From Candidatus Latescibacterota bacterium (GTDB lineage Bacteria > Latescibacterota > UBA2968 > UBA8231), in assembly GCA_965200315.1 (NCBI GenBank), contig OZ241362.1:1344001-1408000 (forward strand): a stretch of DNA of 64,000 nucleotides. Direction: 5' to 3'. The translations under genes and the position numbers were made by a program. The notes beneath the pieces were generated by a model that searched no databases, was not told the origin of the DNA, and saw nothing but the letters and a program-made list of their open reading frames with translations. Within the stretch, counting starts at the first letter, position 1. Every line of letters begins with the position of its first letter. Of this stretch, positions 28,801-36,902 are shown piece by piece.

Positions 28801-28807
28801 ACAGCAT
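25802..28807 (-). CDS. large exported / probable outer-membrane beta-rich protein B (paralog of A)
   Basis: Collinear with 18887-21808: PYLNY, SPVL.FGGH, DDSP.D, FDYGIPTGQ, PGLDEN.D.IPD, GIDFNNN.V.D.REND..PDYPYPRD; ends LFVELISPF. Confidence 0.8.
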   Translation of the reverse strand: MLCFLKCRVVERWVVLSALVCAGLSAPADAQRHPESGGPLPYYNPAPGTPQDPPWKKRPPFLRGPQDRYDRGLGRAFLNTAVSVPYLNYAAEKYISYYRETVAWATPSGRTLRTRNVGWDRIGNYMGGGYRRLLTIEESRSGNDFSGASYIDHKYRSFRVGHYTHKDLHWIATLGNVGSPGGGTDVRTIFTPLTLVNSKLNVLRMDINYKERDRATLLYSRGGDHSGTQLFSKWAFGQEGDDAWDNSPVLLFGGHYQHEVGRFASIGGTLINQIMAAPALSRSSAWRGDLPYEMLGPKTIRVFVADDSPEDAQANAIVYGVDIVLEGERNTEPVRLTSLDDDPDYDPLLEAGPPEGGAVHTGGGREAEGKVPVVYTFVLPPDVTVRSARFVADVAGDYRVGVSQTHDFFNIDRRGNAAITESAWPAPIASAGERAIRRPFKWYTDEDEDLYYTVVRSDGSDGTGANRQLISFDYGIPTGQSLASINYQVDLVGLDLSGEVAHNLQNFMFPIGNNEGQRSSERAFAWWVKGVKDLAAGLSLGGEIYRMEPDYGGGYDSYRGGMAFHYDGQPAPGERITTVTEEFPIHEDNDDHDTLPDSHSDDTATAEPRSLYPGNPGAQVYPGLDENVDNIPDMDRNENFIVDWEEAFLTYDSEPPEFAYGIDFNNNNVPDFRENDDKPDYPYPRDQKGQHIFIRYDRLGRLGKFITLGRYDNSQIAGPGKSEALYFRYAYSVEKRGVGQLKINYDAKQVKDDIPDHTYVYRVPIDDVEVINWFNEPDGPPERAGFWRPATPDELLMRDSFVQLLFLDSTYKGFSGFNIENGFLWQRNSQAEIELEDGSGLLQPEDVRSRFSIVNKIDYTRSWGAFSVTPKLKHRTIFEQVDSEDAPRKSYSDFIPIVMGEYKLTPKTSFQLGIQGLPLLPFKHWDRASEDGTYSQIGAYSQTGTYSQTDYLAMLSITADYFGIRDNSIFFGYQRTRRDYSHAGRPDSKQGILFVELISPF

Positions 28808-28885
28808 GAAAACCCCTCGCGGGTCATATTAAAGCGGGCGAAAAACATATATTTGCCAAAGCTCGCGCTCGCGGGTCGGGTCAAG

Positions 28886-28928
28886 AAAAAAAAACGGGAA
28901 GCAGGCGTCAAGCCCACTTCCCGTTTTT
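28886..28928 (-). terminator. intrinsic terminator after the CBM9-like gene
   Basis: CGGGAAG..GGC/GCC..CTTCCCG stem with A/T tracts on both sides; 9 T on the minus strand. Confidence 0.8.
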
Positions 28929-28953
28929 GTATAACCTATCCAAAAGTCATTGA

Positions 28954-29901
28954 CTATTGGACGAAGGTCTCCTTTACGCGGCCCCAAGAATCTTCTTCGA
29001 CCGCGGTCCCTGACGGACCAGCCGGCGTATCCACAAAGACATAGTTGGCGAACTCGGACATGTTGCCGCCCGCCCAGGCCACGCATTGAATCTGACCACC
29101 GTAGGCATCTTCGCCATCGGGATCAATCGGCAACCAAGCAAAGCCCATCTCAGAGCCAGTCGTAGGGGCTTCAAAGAGGTTACCGTTGCGCAGGAAGGTC
29201 TCCCACGGCAACTTGCCTTCAATCACGTAGTCCGCATCCCCCTCGTCGCCAAACTCGTCGCCGGCGTCGCGGAAGCCGTACTCAAACCCCTCAAGCGCAT
29301 CGGGATCGTGAACATCCACGCGCGCCATATCCACGGTGGTGATTAAGCAGACAGACCACTCGTGAGAACCAAAAGGCAGGGCCATGAAGTTGACGACATT
29401 TAGGTTGACGAACTCTTGGGTTGGGTCGCCTCCTGGGTGATCGTCATTGTTCAGGTCGAGGTAAAGAGACACGGAGTCGCGTTCCCACCAAGCCCGAGCC
29501 TCACCACCCCCCTCGGTGTCGCGGATGTTATCGCTGATCTCGGCGATGTAGTACAGGGCTTCGTCATCCCAAGCCTGCAAGATCGTCGATTCAAAATCGG
29601 CGTTAGTGCGCCCCTCGCCCGCGACTTCGGTCTCGCCGTTTTCGCTGAGCTGGTTAGCGCTTACTTCGCTGGACCCCTGCTCTTGATTCCGCCAGCCAAA
29701 CTCTTGGCCATCGAGCTGGATTTGGTCTGGCGAGCAGGGAAATTCCAGCGCACCAGCCCACTCGTCAGCAACGGTTGCGCGGTCGCCGTCAAGCGTGGGG
29801 GCTTGAGTAAATTTGGGCAAGTCAAAGTAGCGCACGGGTGGCTGGGCATTGGCCAGCGTGGTAAAGCAAAAGGCCGCGGCCAAAAGGGTCAACTTCTTCA
29901 T
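28954..29901 (-). CDS. secreted CBM9/DOMON-like sugar-binding protein with C-terminal AVE...WGRVK tail
   Basis: Signal peptide ending ANAQ; APTLDG...DEW, AWDDEALYY.AEISD, DSVSLYLD, YVIEGKLPW; ends GTAVEEDSWGRVKETFVQ; RBS AAGGAG. Confidence 0.8.
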   Translation of the reverse strand: MKKLTLLAAAFCFTTLANAQPPVRYFDLPKFTQAPTLDGDRATVADEWAGALEFPCSPDQIQLDGQEFGWRNQEQGSSEVSANQLSENGETEVAGEGRTNADFESTILQAWDDEALYYIAEISDNIRDTEGGGEARAWWERDSVSLYLDLNNDDHPGGDPTQEFVNLNVVNFMALPFGSHEWSVCLITTVDMARVDVHDPDALEGFEYGFRDAGDEFGDEGDADYVIEGKLPWETFLRNGNLFEAPTTGSEMGFAWLPIDPDGEDAYGGQIQCVAWAGGNMSEFANYVFVDTPAGPSGTAVEEDSWGRVKETFVQ

Positions 29902-29955
29902 TACTGCATCTCCTTAGCTGTGAGAAGTGGACGAAAGACTTTGAATGAAGGATTC

Positions 29956-29984
29956 ATAATAAATGCCCGCCAAAAGGTTGTCAA
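29956..29984 (-). promoter_or_regulatory. near-consensus sigma70 promoter for the CBM9-like gene
   Basis: Minus strand TTGACA (29984-29979), 17-nt spacer, TATTAT (29961-29956). Confidence 0.75.
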
Positions 29985-30074
29985 GAAAAAGTTGCCCTAC
30001 GAGATCATTCAAATTATATCATTAGCTCAATGTAAAAACAGGTCTTCCACCGCGAGCGCACATCCTTAAATTCC

Positions 30075-31103
30075 GTGAAATATCTCTTCCTCATTGGATT
30101 GGCCGCCATCCTCTTTGGCAGCCAGTCGGCCAACGCCCAGCCGCATATCTACACTATCGGCTTGGTCTTTACCGATCTCGTTGATCAAGAAGTACTACCC
30201 GTCCACCTCGCCGAGCAACATCCCCGCCTGATGCGAGCAATCGAGCGAGCGATCAGAGACATCTTTGCCGACTTGGGCCGCTTTCGCGCCGTGCGCTTGC
30301 GGAGCATCCGCGAGGCCCGCGATCTCACAGGGCAAGAATCCATCGACTACATCGCCCACTTAATCCTCAATAAAGCCCATAAAACATATCACAACCAAGT
30401 TATTCATTACTACGAGAATTCGGGTCTATTCGACGACGGAGGGCCTAGCGGAGACCAGTCTTACGAGGTGATTTCACTGCCTTCTATCGTCGGTCAACTC
30501 GAAGTCAAGCTAGTGGATCCGCGCCGAGACAAAATTTTCTGGTCGGACTTGCGCGACTCCTCAGCCGTGATACCTTATGACCAACAGCTATTCCTTTATA
30601 ATACTTGGAAGTATCCAGGCGCGTCACATCCCGGTTTGGTGCGCGCTTTTTTAGCCGATCTTCTCCGTTTGCAAATGGCCGATCCTGCTACAGAACGCGT
30701 ACTGAACGTCGCCGAGCGCTGGTTCGTCTCCAAGCCCAGCAGCGACCTCGCCGTTGCCCAAGGGGTGTTAAAGGGGCTGGCGGACAATCTAGCACCCGAC
30801 TTAGACGCAAATTTGCCCCTAGAGGGACGTATCGCAGCTCTTTTGCCCGAACGGAAGGGCAAACCCCACGTCCAGCTAAACATCGGTGTTCGGCACGGCT
30901 TGACGAAACGAATGCGGTTCGATGTGTGGCGGCCTAGGCCATCGCAGCAGAAAGTGGGGCAAATAGAAGTGGTTGACGTGGATTCCACCACGGCCATCGC
31001 TCGGCTGCGAAAACTCGACAAGAAGCTCAAAAAACGCGGAGATGGCCTACAGCTCCAAGACCGGGTCATCTCCCCCAAACGCCCTTCGAGGAGGTCACTA
31101 TGA
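30075..31103 (+). CDS. exported protein with FlgT C-terminal-like domain (CsgG/FlgT-like)
   Basis: Signal peptide; C-terminal LPLEGRI...VQLNIG..HGL...RFDV...VGQIEVVDVDSTTAIARL. Confidence 0.65.
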   Translation: MKYLFLIGLAAILFGSQSANAQPHIYTIGLVFTDLVDQEVLPVHLAEQHPRLMRAIERAIRDIFADLGRFRAVRLRSIREARDLTGQESIDYIAHLILNKAHKTYHNQVIHYYENSGLFDDGGPSGDQSYEVISLPSIVGQLEVKLVDPRRDKIFWSDLRDSSAVIPYDQQLFLYNTWKYPGASHPGLVRAFLADLLRLQMADPATERVLNVAERWFVSKPSSDLAVAQGVLKGLADNLAPDLDANLPLEGRIAALLPERKGKPHVQLNIGVRHGLTKRMRFDVWRPRPSQQKVGQIEVVDVDSTTAIARLRKLDKKLKKRGDGLQLQDRVISPKRPSRRSL

Positions 31104-32296
31104 GTGAGAAATGGGTCTCCACACGCTTTGCTTCACCCACTCAGGATTTCGATCTCGACAGTCTGGTCCGTCGCCTGCGCCGGGGCTTTTTTATAGCCCT
31201 AGGCTCTGCGGTGGCCCTCCTGCTTGTCGTCGTTGCGATCAATCCCTTTCAGGAAGCCGAGAAGAAGGCACCACGCCCCCTGACGACCAAGTTCATCAAG
31301 CGCGAGCCACGCCTGACCAAACCGCTGGAGCTGCGCAAAATTCCCCAGCCCAAGCGCCAGCTCGCACGCCGCGAAGTCCAGCTAGCGCAAGCGCGCATGG
31401 ACCAAGTACAGGCCACGGCCTCGTTCAACACCCGCAGCCTCATCGCCGGTGTCAGCGGCTCGGGAATTCACCTGTCCGGCCAGTCTGCTTTCAGCCCGAC
31501 GAGCACGATGACCATAGAGCCTAAGCTGACGGCAGCGGCCGTGACCAGCACCCGCACCTCCGAGCACAAAATCGACATGGGGCTGGAGATGCTCGACGTC
31601 AACAACATGGACACCGGTCGCTACCGCGCCATTATCGTCCAAGATGCCACGGACAAGCAGGCCATCAAGGGCTTTGTCAAGCTGGCCTCAGTCGTGTCCG
31701 GGCGGGCATTAGCCGGTAACGCTGGGCTCAATGTCAAAACCCTTGATCGGCTGCGCGATGTGATCAACGAATACACCGGCCTCAAGGCCGAATTCCTCGG
31801 CCGCGTCACGTTCGACGACCCGCGTCTGATGGAAATACCCATCATCCTACCGTACGGCTCGCCCAACGAGACCGAAATGGCCAACTACGCCCAGTACCTA
31901 ATCTCGGGTGGCTTTACGTTTAGCGGGCTCCACGGCGAAGCACTGGAAAAGTACGGCGGGCTAGTCCGCGGCAAGGACTTCTGGTCCGAGCGGCTGCCGG
32001 AGGATCACCCCATCTATACTGCCTTCTTCGACCTGAGTGGGGGCATGCCTTTCGGCTATAGCCCCTCGTTGGGACAGGGTAAGGCAGGCGTTAGGACATG
32101 GAACTATCTGACGGGCCATTATATTAAAGATAGGTTAGTGAGTGCCACGGCCGGCGACACAGGGGGCTGGGGCTGGCACAATGACACGCGCGGCGGAGAT
32201 TCGACGCGCCAGCTACAGTTGGCGGTCAATATCATCATCTATGCCCTGACGCAGGAAGGGTCGATTACCCAACGCCTCATGCAGATGGTCAACTAG
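31100..32296 (+). CDS. DUF4159 domain protein with N-terminal TM and Pro/Lys/Arg-rich linker
   Basis: LPEDHPIYTAFFD, QLQLAVNIIIYALTQEGSIT; TM near residues 28-48. Confidence 0.8.
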   Translation: MSEKWVSTRFASPTQDFDLDSLVRRLRRGFFIALGSAVALLLVVVAINPFQEAEKKAPRPLTTKFIKREPRLTKPLELRKIPQPKRQLARREVQLAQARMDQVQATASFNTRSLIAGVSGSGIHLSGQSAFSPTSTMTIEPKLTAAAVTSTRTSEHKIDMGLEMLDVNNMDTGRYRAIIVQDATDKQAIKGFVKLASVVSGRALAGNAGLNVKTLDRLRDVINEYTGLKAEFLGRVTFDDPRLMEIPIILPYGSPNETEMANYAQYLISGGFTFSGLHGEALEKYGGLVRGKDFWSERLPEDHPIYTAFFDLSGGMPFGYSPSLGQGKAGVRTWNYLTGHYIKDRLVSATAGDTGGWGWHNDTRGGDSTRQLQLAVNIIIYALTQEGSITQRLMQMVN

Positions 32297-32318
32297 GCTT
32301 CGCTGCAAAGCCCATTTC

Positions 32319-32358
32319 AAAGCAGGTGTCAGGTTTCCAATCCCTGACACCTGCTTTT
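32319..32358 (+). terminator. intrinsic terminator
   Basis: 15-bp perfect inverted repeat AAAGCAGGTGTCAGG / CCTGACACCTGCTTT followed by T. Confidence 0.85.
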
Positions 32359-32373
32359 ACTTAGGTCTCCACC

Positions 32374-33192
32374 ATGTCTAAACTCGCCTTAGCAAGCCTC
32401 TGCGTTGGCCTATTGAGTTGCGCCGCCCAACAGGCCGAATACTACATCAACCAACTCGACGATTCGCGACGTCAAATCCGCCTCGACGCCAGCCACGCCT
32501 TGGTGCAACTAGGCGGCACGGCCGTCGGGCCTTTGCTGGACCGTGCGGCCACCGGCAGCGATAGCCTGCGCTACATTGCCGCCCAGATCCTCGGCCAAAT
32601 CGGCGACGAGCGCGCCATCCCCTTCCTCAAATCGCTCCTTCGCGACGACAATCCCCATGTCCGCGAAAAAGCCGTCCGCGCCCTCGGCCAGCTCGACGAT
32701 TCCCGCCTCCACGCAACCTTAGCCAGCGTCCTCGCCGACGACTCAATCCCAGATGTGCGCGGAGCGGCCGCTTGGAGCTTGGGCAACCTCCGCGACACTA
32801 CAGCCGTGCCCTCTCTGATGCATGCCTTAGCAGACACCGTTCCCTCAGTGCGTCGGCAAGCCCTCGCCGCGCTTCAGTTTCTGTGGACGCCGGCAGCCGA
32901 AGCAGCAGCCCTCGCCGCGCTCCGCGACCGCGACGACACCGTGCGCTACATCGCCGCGCAGCTATTGGGACACCACCGGACGCACCGCGCGCTCGACGCG
33001 CTGTGCCTCGCCTTGGCCGACGACAATATCTGGGTCCGCGCGGAGAGCGCCCGCACCCTCGGTCGCATCGGCGACACCACGGCCGTGAGGCCGCTAGAGC
33101 GCATGTTCGCCGAGCGCGAAGGCCCCGACCACGAGGCCGCAAAAGAAGCATTGCAACTGCTCACGGGCCTGAACTACGCGGTCGCCCCGTGA
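32374..33192 (+). CDS. HEAT/PBS-lyase repeat lipoprotein
   Basis: Lipobox LLSC; repeated L.D....VR..AA.ALG units. Confidence 0.88.
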   Translation: MSKLALASLCVGLLSCAAQQAEYYINQLDDSRRQIRLDASHALVQLGGTAVGPLLDRAATGSDSLRYIAAQILGQIGDERAIPFLKSLLRDDNPHVREKAVRALGQLDDSRLHATLASVLADDSIPDVRGAAAWSLGNLRDTTAVPSLMHALADTVPSVRRQALAALQFLWTPAAEAAALAALRDRDDTVRYIAAQLLGHHRTHRALDALCLALADDNIWVRAESARTLGRIGDTTAVRPLERMFAEREGPDHEAAKEALQLLTGLNYAVAP

Positions 33193-33218
33193 CAGCTCCC
33201 AATCGACGTCACTTCGCC

Positions 33219-33245
33219 TCTGCGTTCATCTGCGTTTATCTGCGG
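33219..33245. repeat. 10-bp-period intergenic tandem repeat TCTGCGTTCA-TCTGCGTTTA-TCTGCGG
   Basis: Read directly in the intergenic gap. Confidence 0.7.
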
Positions 33246-33281
33246 ATAGCCGATCGGGCGCTTTCAGACGGCATCTAAGCC

Positions 33282-34961
33282 TTGCGCGTCTTGCCGCTGT
33301 TTTGCGCCGCGCTGCTATGCGCCCTCCCCCTGTGCGCCCAACCCCAATTTAGCGACCAAACCGCGGCCGCTGGCATCACCTACCGCCATGTATTCGGCGG
33401 GCAAGAAAAGCACTACATCGTAGAGTCCCATGGCAGTGGCGCGGCCTTCTTCGACCACGACTCCGATGGCGACCTCGACCTCTACATAGTCAACGGGGCC
33501 ACCTTTGCCACGTACCGCGACCGCTCGGGGCCGGGCAACGCGCTCTACCGCAATCGCGGCGACGGTACGTTTGTGGAAATCACCCGAGAAGCCGGAGTCG
33601 GCGACGCCGGCTGGGGCGGTGGCGTGGCCGTGGGCGACATCGATAACGATGGCCGCCCAGACCTCTACGCGACCAACTACGGGGCCAATGTGCTCTACCG
33701 CAATCGCGGCAGTGACCGCTTTGCCGATGCGACCCGTGAAGCAGGCGTTGGCGGCGACCAATATAGCGCCAGCGCGGCCTTTTTCGACTACGACCGCGAC
33801 GGCGACCTCGACCTCTACGTGGCCAACTACGTCGTCTTCGACGCCGAAAACCTGCCAGCCACTCCCAAGCTCTGCACCTTTTTCAGCGGCCTCCGCGTCT
33901 ATTGCGGTCCCAAAGGCTTAGTCGGCGCAGCGGATGTGCTCTACCGCAACGAAGGCGACGGCGCGTTTACCGACGTCACGCAAGCGTCCGGCGTGGCAGC
34001 CGCCAACCGCTATTACGGCTTGGGCGTGGTGCCGGCCGATTACGATTCTGATGGCGATAGCGATCTCTTTGTCGCCAACGACGAGACCCCCAACGTGCTC
34101 TTCCAAAACCAAGGCGACGGCACCTTCCAAGATATCGCCCTCATGGCGGGCGTGGCGTACAACGGCGACGGCGACGTCGAAGCCGGCATGGGCGTGGACT
34201 TTGGCGACTACGATCAGGACGGCGACCCAGACCTGTACGTGACCCACTTTTTTACCGAGACTAATACGCTCTACCGCAACGAGGGCGGCGTACGTTTCTC
34301 CGACGTCACGACCACGGCTGGCCTCGCCGCGGCCACGGTAGAGATGTTGGGTTGGGGAACGCGCTTTTTCGACTACGACAACGACGGTCGCCTCGACCTC
34401 TTCGTCGCCAATGGCCACGTATATCCGCAGGTTGACCAAGCAGAAACCGGCACCACCTACCGCCAGCCCAACCAACTCTTCCGCAACGAGGGTGGCGGCC
34501 GCTTCGCCCCAGTGTCAGCCGGCCTTGAGCTGCTGCCGGCTAAAGTCAGCCGTGGCACCAGCTTTGGCGACTACGACGACGACGGCGATATCGACCTCTT
34601 CGTAGTCGAGCTCAACGACGCGCCGACTCTGTTGCGCAACGATGGGGGGAATGCGGGAAACTATCTCGTGGTGCAGGTCTTGGGCCGCGAGGACAATCGC
34701 GCTGGGGTCGGCACTCGCGTCGGCATGCAAACGGCCGGCAAGCGCCAGTGGCGCACGGTCAACGGCGCGGGCAGCTACCTTTCGCACAGCGACTTGCGCG
34801 TTCACTTCGGCTTGGGTGCAGCGCAGGCCATCGACCGCGTCGAAATCACCTATCCCAACGGCAACACTTACGCAGTCGCCAACGTGCCTGCCAATAAGCT
34901 CTTAGTCGTCCGCCAAGGGCAGGGGCACGCCCTCCTCGAACTAGGCGCGAACCCTTTTTAA
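33282..34961 (+). CDS. CRTAC1-like FG-GAP / ASPIC-UnbV protein
   Basis: Repeated D.D.DGD.DL.V and LYRN.GDGTF; C-terminal GSYLSHSDLRVHFGLG. Confidence 0.92.
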   Translation: MRVLPLFCAALLCALPLCAQPQFSDQTAAAGITYRHVFGGQEKHYIVESHGSGAAFFDHDSDGDLDLYIVNGATFATYRDRSGPGNALYRNRGDGTFVEITREAGVGDAGWGGGVAVGDIDNDGRPDLYATNYGANVLYRNRGSDRFADATREAGVGGDQYSASAAFFDYDRDGDLDLYVANYVVFDAENLPATPKLCTFFSGLRVYCGPKGLVGAADVLYRNEGDGAFTDVTQASGVAAANRYYGLGVVPADYDSDGDSDLFVANDETPNVLFQNQGDGTFQDIALMAGVAYNGDGDVEAGMGVDFGDYDQDGDPDLYVTHFFTETNTLYRNEGGVRFSDVTTTAGLAAATVEMLGWGTRFFDYDNDGRLDLFVANGHVYPQVDQAETGTTYRQPNQLFRNEGGGRFAPVSAGLELLPAKVSRGTSFGDYDDDGDIDLFVVELNDAPTLLRNDGGNAGNYLVVQVLGREDNRAGVGTRVGMQTAGKRQWRTVNGAGSYLSHSDLRVHFGLGAAQAIDRVEITYPNGNTYAVANVPANKLLVVRQGQGHALLELGANPF

Positions 34962-34964
34962 TTC

Positions 34965-36224
34965 TCAACCCACGCTGTGCGCGGCCCGCACCCGCTCAAT
35001 CTCGGCGAGCCGCTCTTGCGCGGCGGAAAATTCGGGATGGAGTCTGAGGAGCTGCTCAAAGACCGCGGCGGCCTTGTTGACATACCCGAACTCCAAGTGG
35101 AGAAGCCCCACTTTGTAGCTAGCCTCCGGTGAGCGCGGCGACCGGCTCGCAGCCCGTTTGAGGATGGCGAGCCGCCCCTCGTATTCCTTGAGCTTGGCAA
35201 AGACCTGCATTAACTCCTCGCCCTCGTCGCTGCGGCCCTGCTTGAGATAGAGCTGGGCCAAGCTATAGTGGGCCCCCGCGTGGCCGGGGTCGCGCTTTAT
35301 AGCCTCCAAGTAGTAGGTGGCGGCCTGTTGCTCCTGCCCTAACTTGGCTGTCACGGCGCCCAAGCGGTGATAGGAATTGGCGTGGGCCGCATTTTTGAGC
35401 AGGGCTTGGTGAAAGTAACTCCGCGCCGCTTCGAGCTTGCCTTCCTGTTCGCTGATGACGCCGAGGTCGTAAAACCCGCTCGCCGTCTCGAAGCCGAGTT
35501 CCACGGCTCGCCGATAGGCCGCCTTAGCTTCTGAGTATTGGCTCAAAGCCATGTAACTTTCGCCCAAGTGCTCGTACACCCGCCCTTCGTCTGGGTGATC
35601 AGCGAGGGCGCGCTGGTACTCGGCAATGGCTTCGCCCGGGCGGTGCTGCAAGTGATAGACCCGCCCCAAATTGGCCCGGGCTTGGAGGAAAGTCGGCACC
35701 AAGCGCACGGCTTCCTCGTACTGAGCGGCCGCCTCTGCGTAGAGGCTCTGTTGGTGGTAGAGATAGCCGAGACTGTAGTAGATCGCCCCAAAGTCGGGCC
35801 TAAGCGCGAGTGCCTTCTTATAGCTTTCCTCTGCGGCTAAAAAACGGCCCAACTCGCCGAGCGAAAGGGCGAGGCCAATCCGCGCTTCAAAGTGCTCGGG
35901 GTCCAGCACCAGTGCCTGTTCAAAGTGGGGAATCGCCGCGGCAAAGCGCTCTAGGGCGGCGTGCGTCGCGCCTAAACTGCTATGGGCTTGAGCGAGGCCG
36001 GAATCTAGCTCAATGGCCTGCTGATAATAGCGGGCCGCTTCGTCCATCTGGCCCTTGCCGAGCAAGCGGTCGCCTTGCGCGACGGCCTTTTGCGCGGCAT
36101 TTGCCCGATACTGCAAATACCAATACGAGCCGCCCACGCCGAGGGCAATCACCAGCGCGGCTGCTCCTATATAAAGGAAACTGCGGCGCGGCACTCGCTC
36201 GCGGTTCTTCTTGCTACGGGTCAT
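34965..36224 (-). CDS. membrane-anchored TPR protein
   Basis: N-terminal TM followed by about 10 TPRs. Confidence 0.88.
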   Translation of the reverse strand: MTRSKKNRERVPRRSFLYIGAAALVIALGVGGSYWYLQYRANAAQKAVAQGDRLLGKGQMDEAARYYQQAIELDSGLAQAHSSLGATHAALERFAAAIPHFEQALVLDPEHFEARIGLALSLGELGRFLAAEESYKKALALRPDFGAIYYSLGYLYHQQSLYAEAAAQYEEAVRLVPTFLQARANLGRVYHLQHRPGEAIAEYQRALADHPDEGRVYEHLGESYMALSQYSEAKAAYRRAVELGFETASGFYDLGVISEQEGKLEAARSYFHQALLKNAAHANSYHRLGAVTAKLGQEQQAATYYLEAIKRDPGHAGAHYSLAQLYLKQGRSDEGEELMQVFAKLKEYEGRLAILKRAASRSPRSPEASYKVGLLHLEFGYVNKAAAVFEQLLRLHPEFSAAQERLAEIERVRAAHSVG

Positions 36225-36325
36225 CAGTGGGTTTCACTAGCGGGGGGAACACTTGGGCATGGGATCTGTCGCGCCGAGCGCGTCTAGCGCACCCTGTACA
36301 TCTCACAAATCCCATAAATCACAGC

Positions 36326-36778
36326 CTACTGTCGGACGACCTCTATCCCGGTCATGATCTGATCTTGGCCCCACGTTCCTCCGAGCCGCAGCGAACTCGT
36401 CGCAATGGAGCCGATGATCGTGCCTTCTTCTTGGGTGAAGGCATAAACCGTCTTGGCATTGAGGTAGCGCACCTCCAAGGTGATCTGCTCGGGATCGTCG
36501 GGCTGGATAATGTTGATTGCTTGGATGAAATCGTTGCGGCCCTCGCCATAGATCAACTTGGCAGTCACAGTAACTTCCTTAGGGGAAACCCTTACAATGC
36601 TCATTGAAACGGGGCGGTCTTCCCCACTGACGCCATTGGATAGGGCGAAATTCCCGGTGCCTTCGTATTCGCCGACCCAAGCATCGGCGTAATCGGGCGT
36701 CGGTTGAACGGCTTCCTCCGAACCGCAACTCAGGGTGGTCAACAGGCCTGCTAGAGCCAACCATGTCCATTGTTTCAT
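36326..36778 (-). CDS. small lipoprotein of unknown function
   Basis: MKQWTWLALAGLLTTLSC lipobox; GGAGG RBS before ATG 36778. Confidence 0.75.
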   Translation of the reverse strand: MKQWTWLALAGLLTTLSCGSEEAVQPTPDYADAWVGEYEGTGNFALSNGVSGEDRPVSMSIVRVSPKEVTVTAKLIYGEGRNDFIQAINIIQPDDPEQITLEVRYLNAKTVYAFTQEEGTIIGSIATSSLRLGGTWGQDQIMTGIEVVRQ

Positions 36779-36902
36779 CGTGCGTACCTCCGCAGAGTTT
36801 TCATTCGGCAAAAGTATAGGGCACAACGCGACGCGAATCAACCGCTTGGCACCGCCGCCACTCGCCAATTCTCCCCTCAGTTCGTACACTATGCGTTGCA
36901 AA

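Noticed and set aside
36255-36320. Weak inverted repeat ATGGGAT.TGT / ACA.ATCCCAT
   Set aside because: Short and imperfect with no U-tract; not distinguishable from chance.
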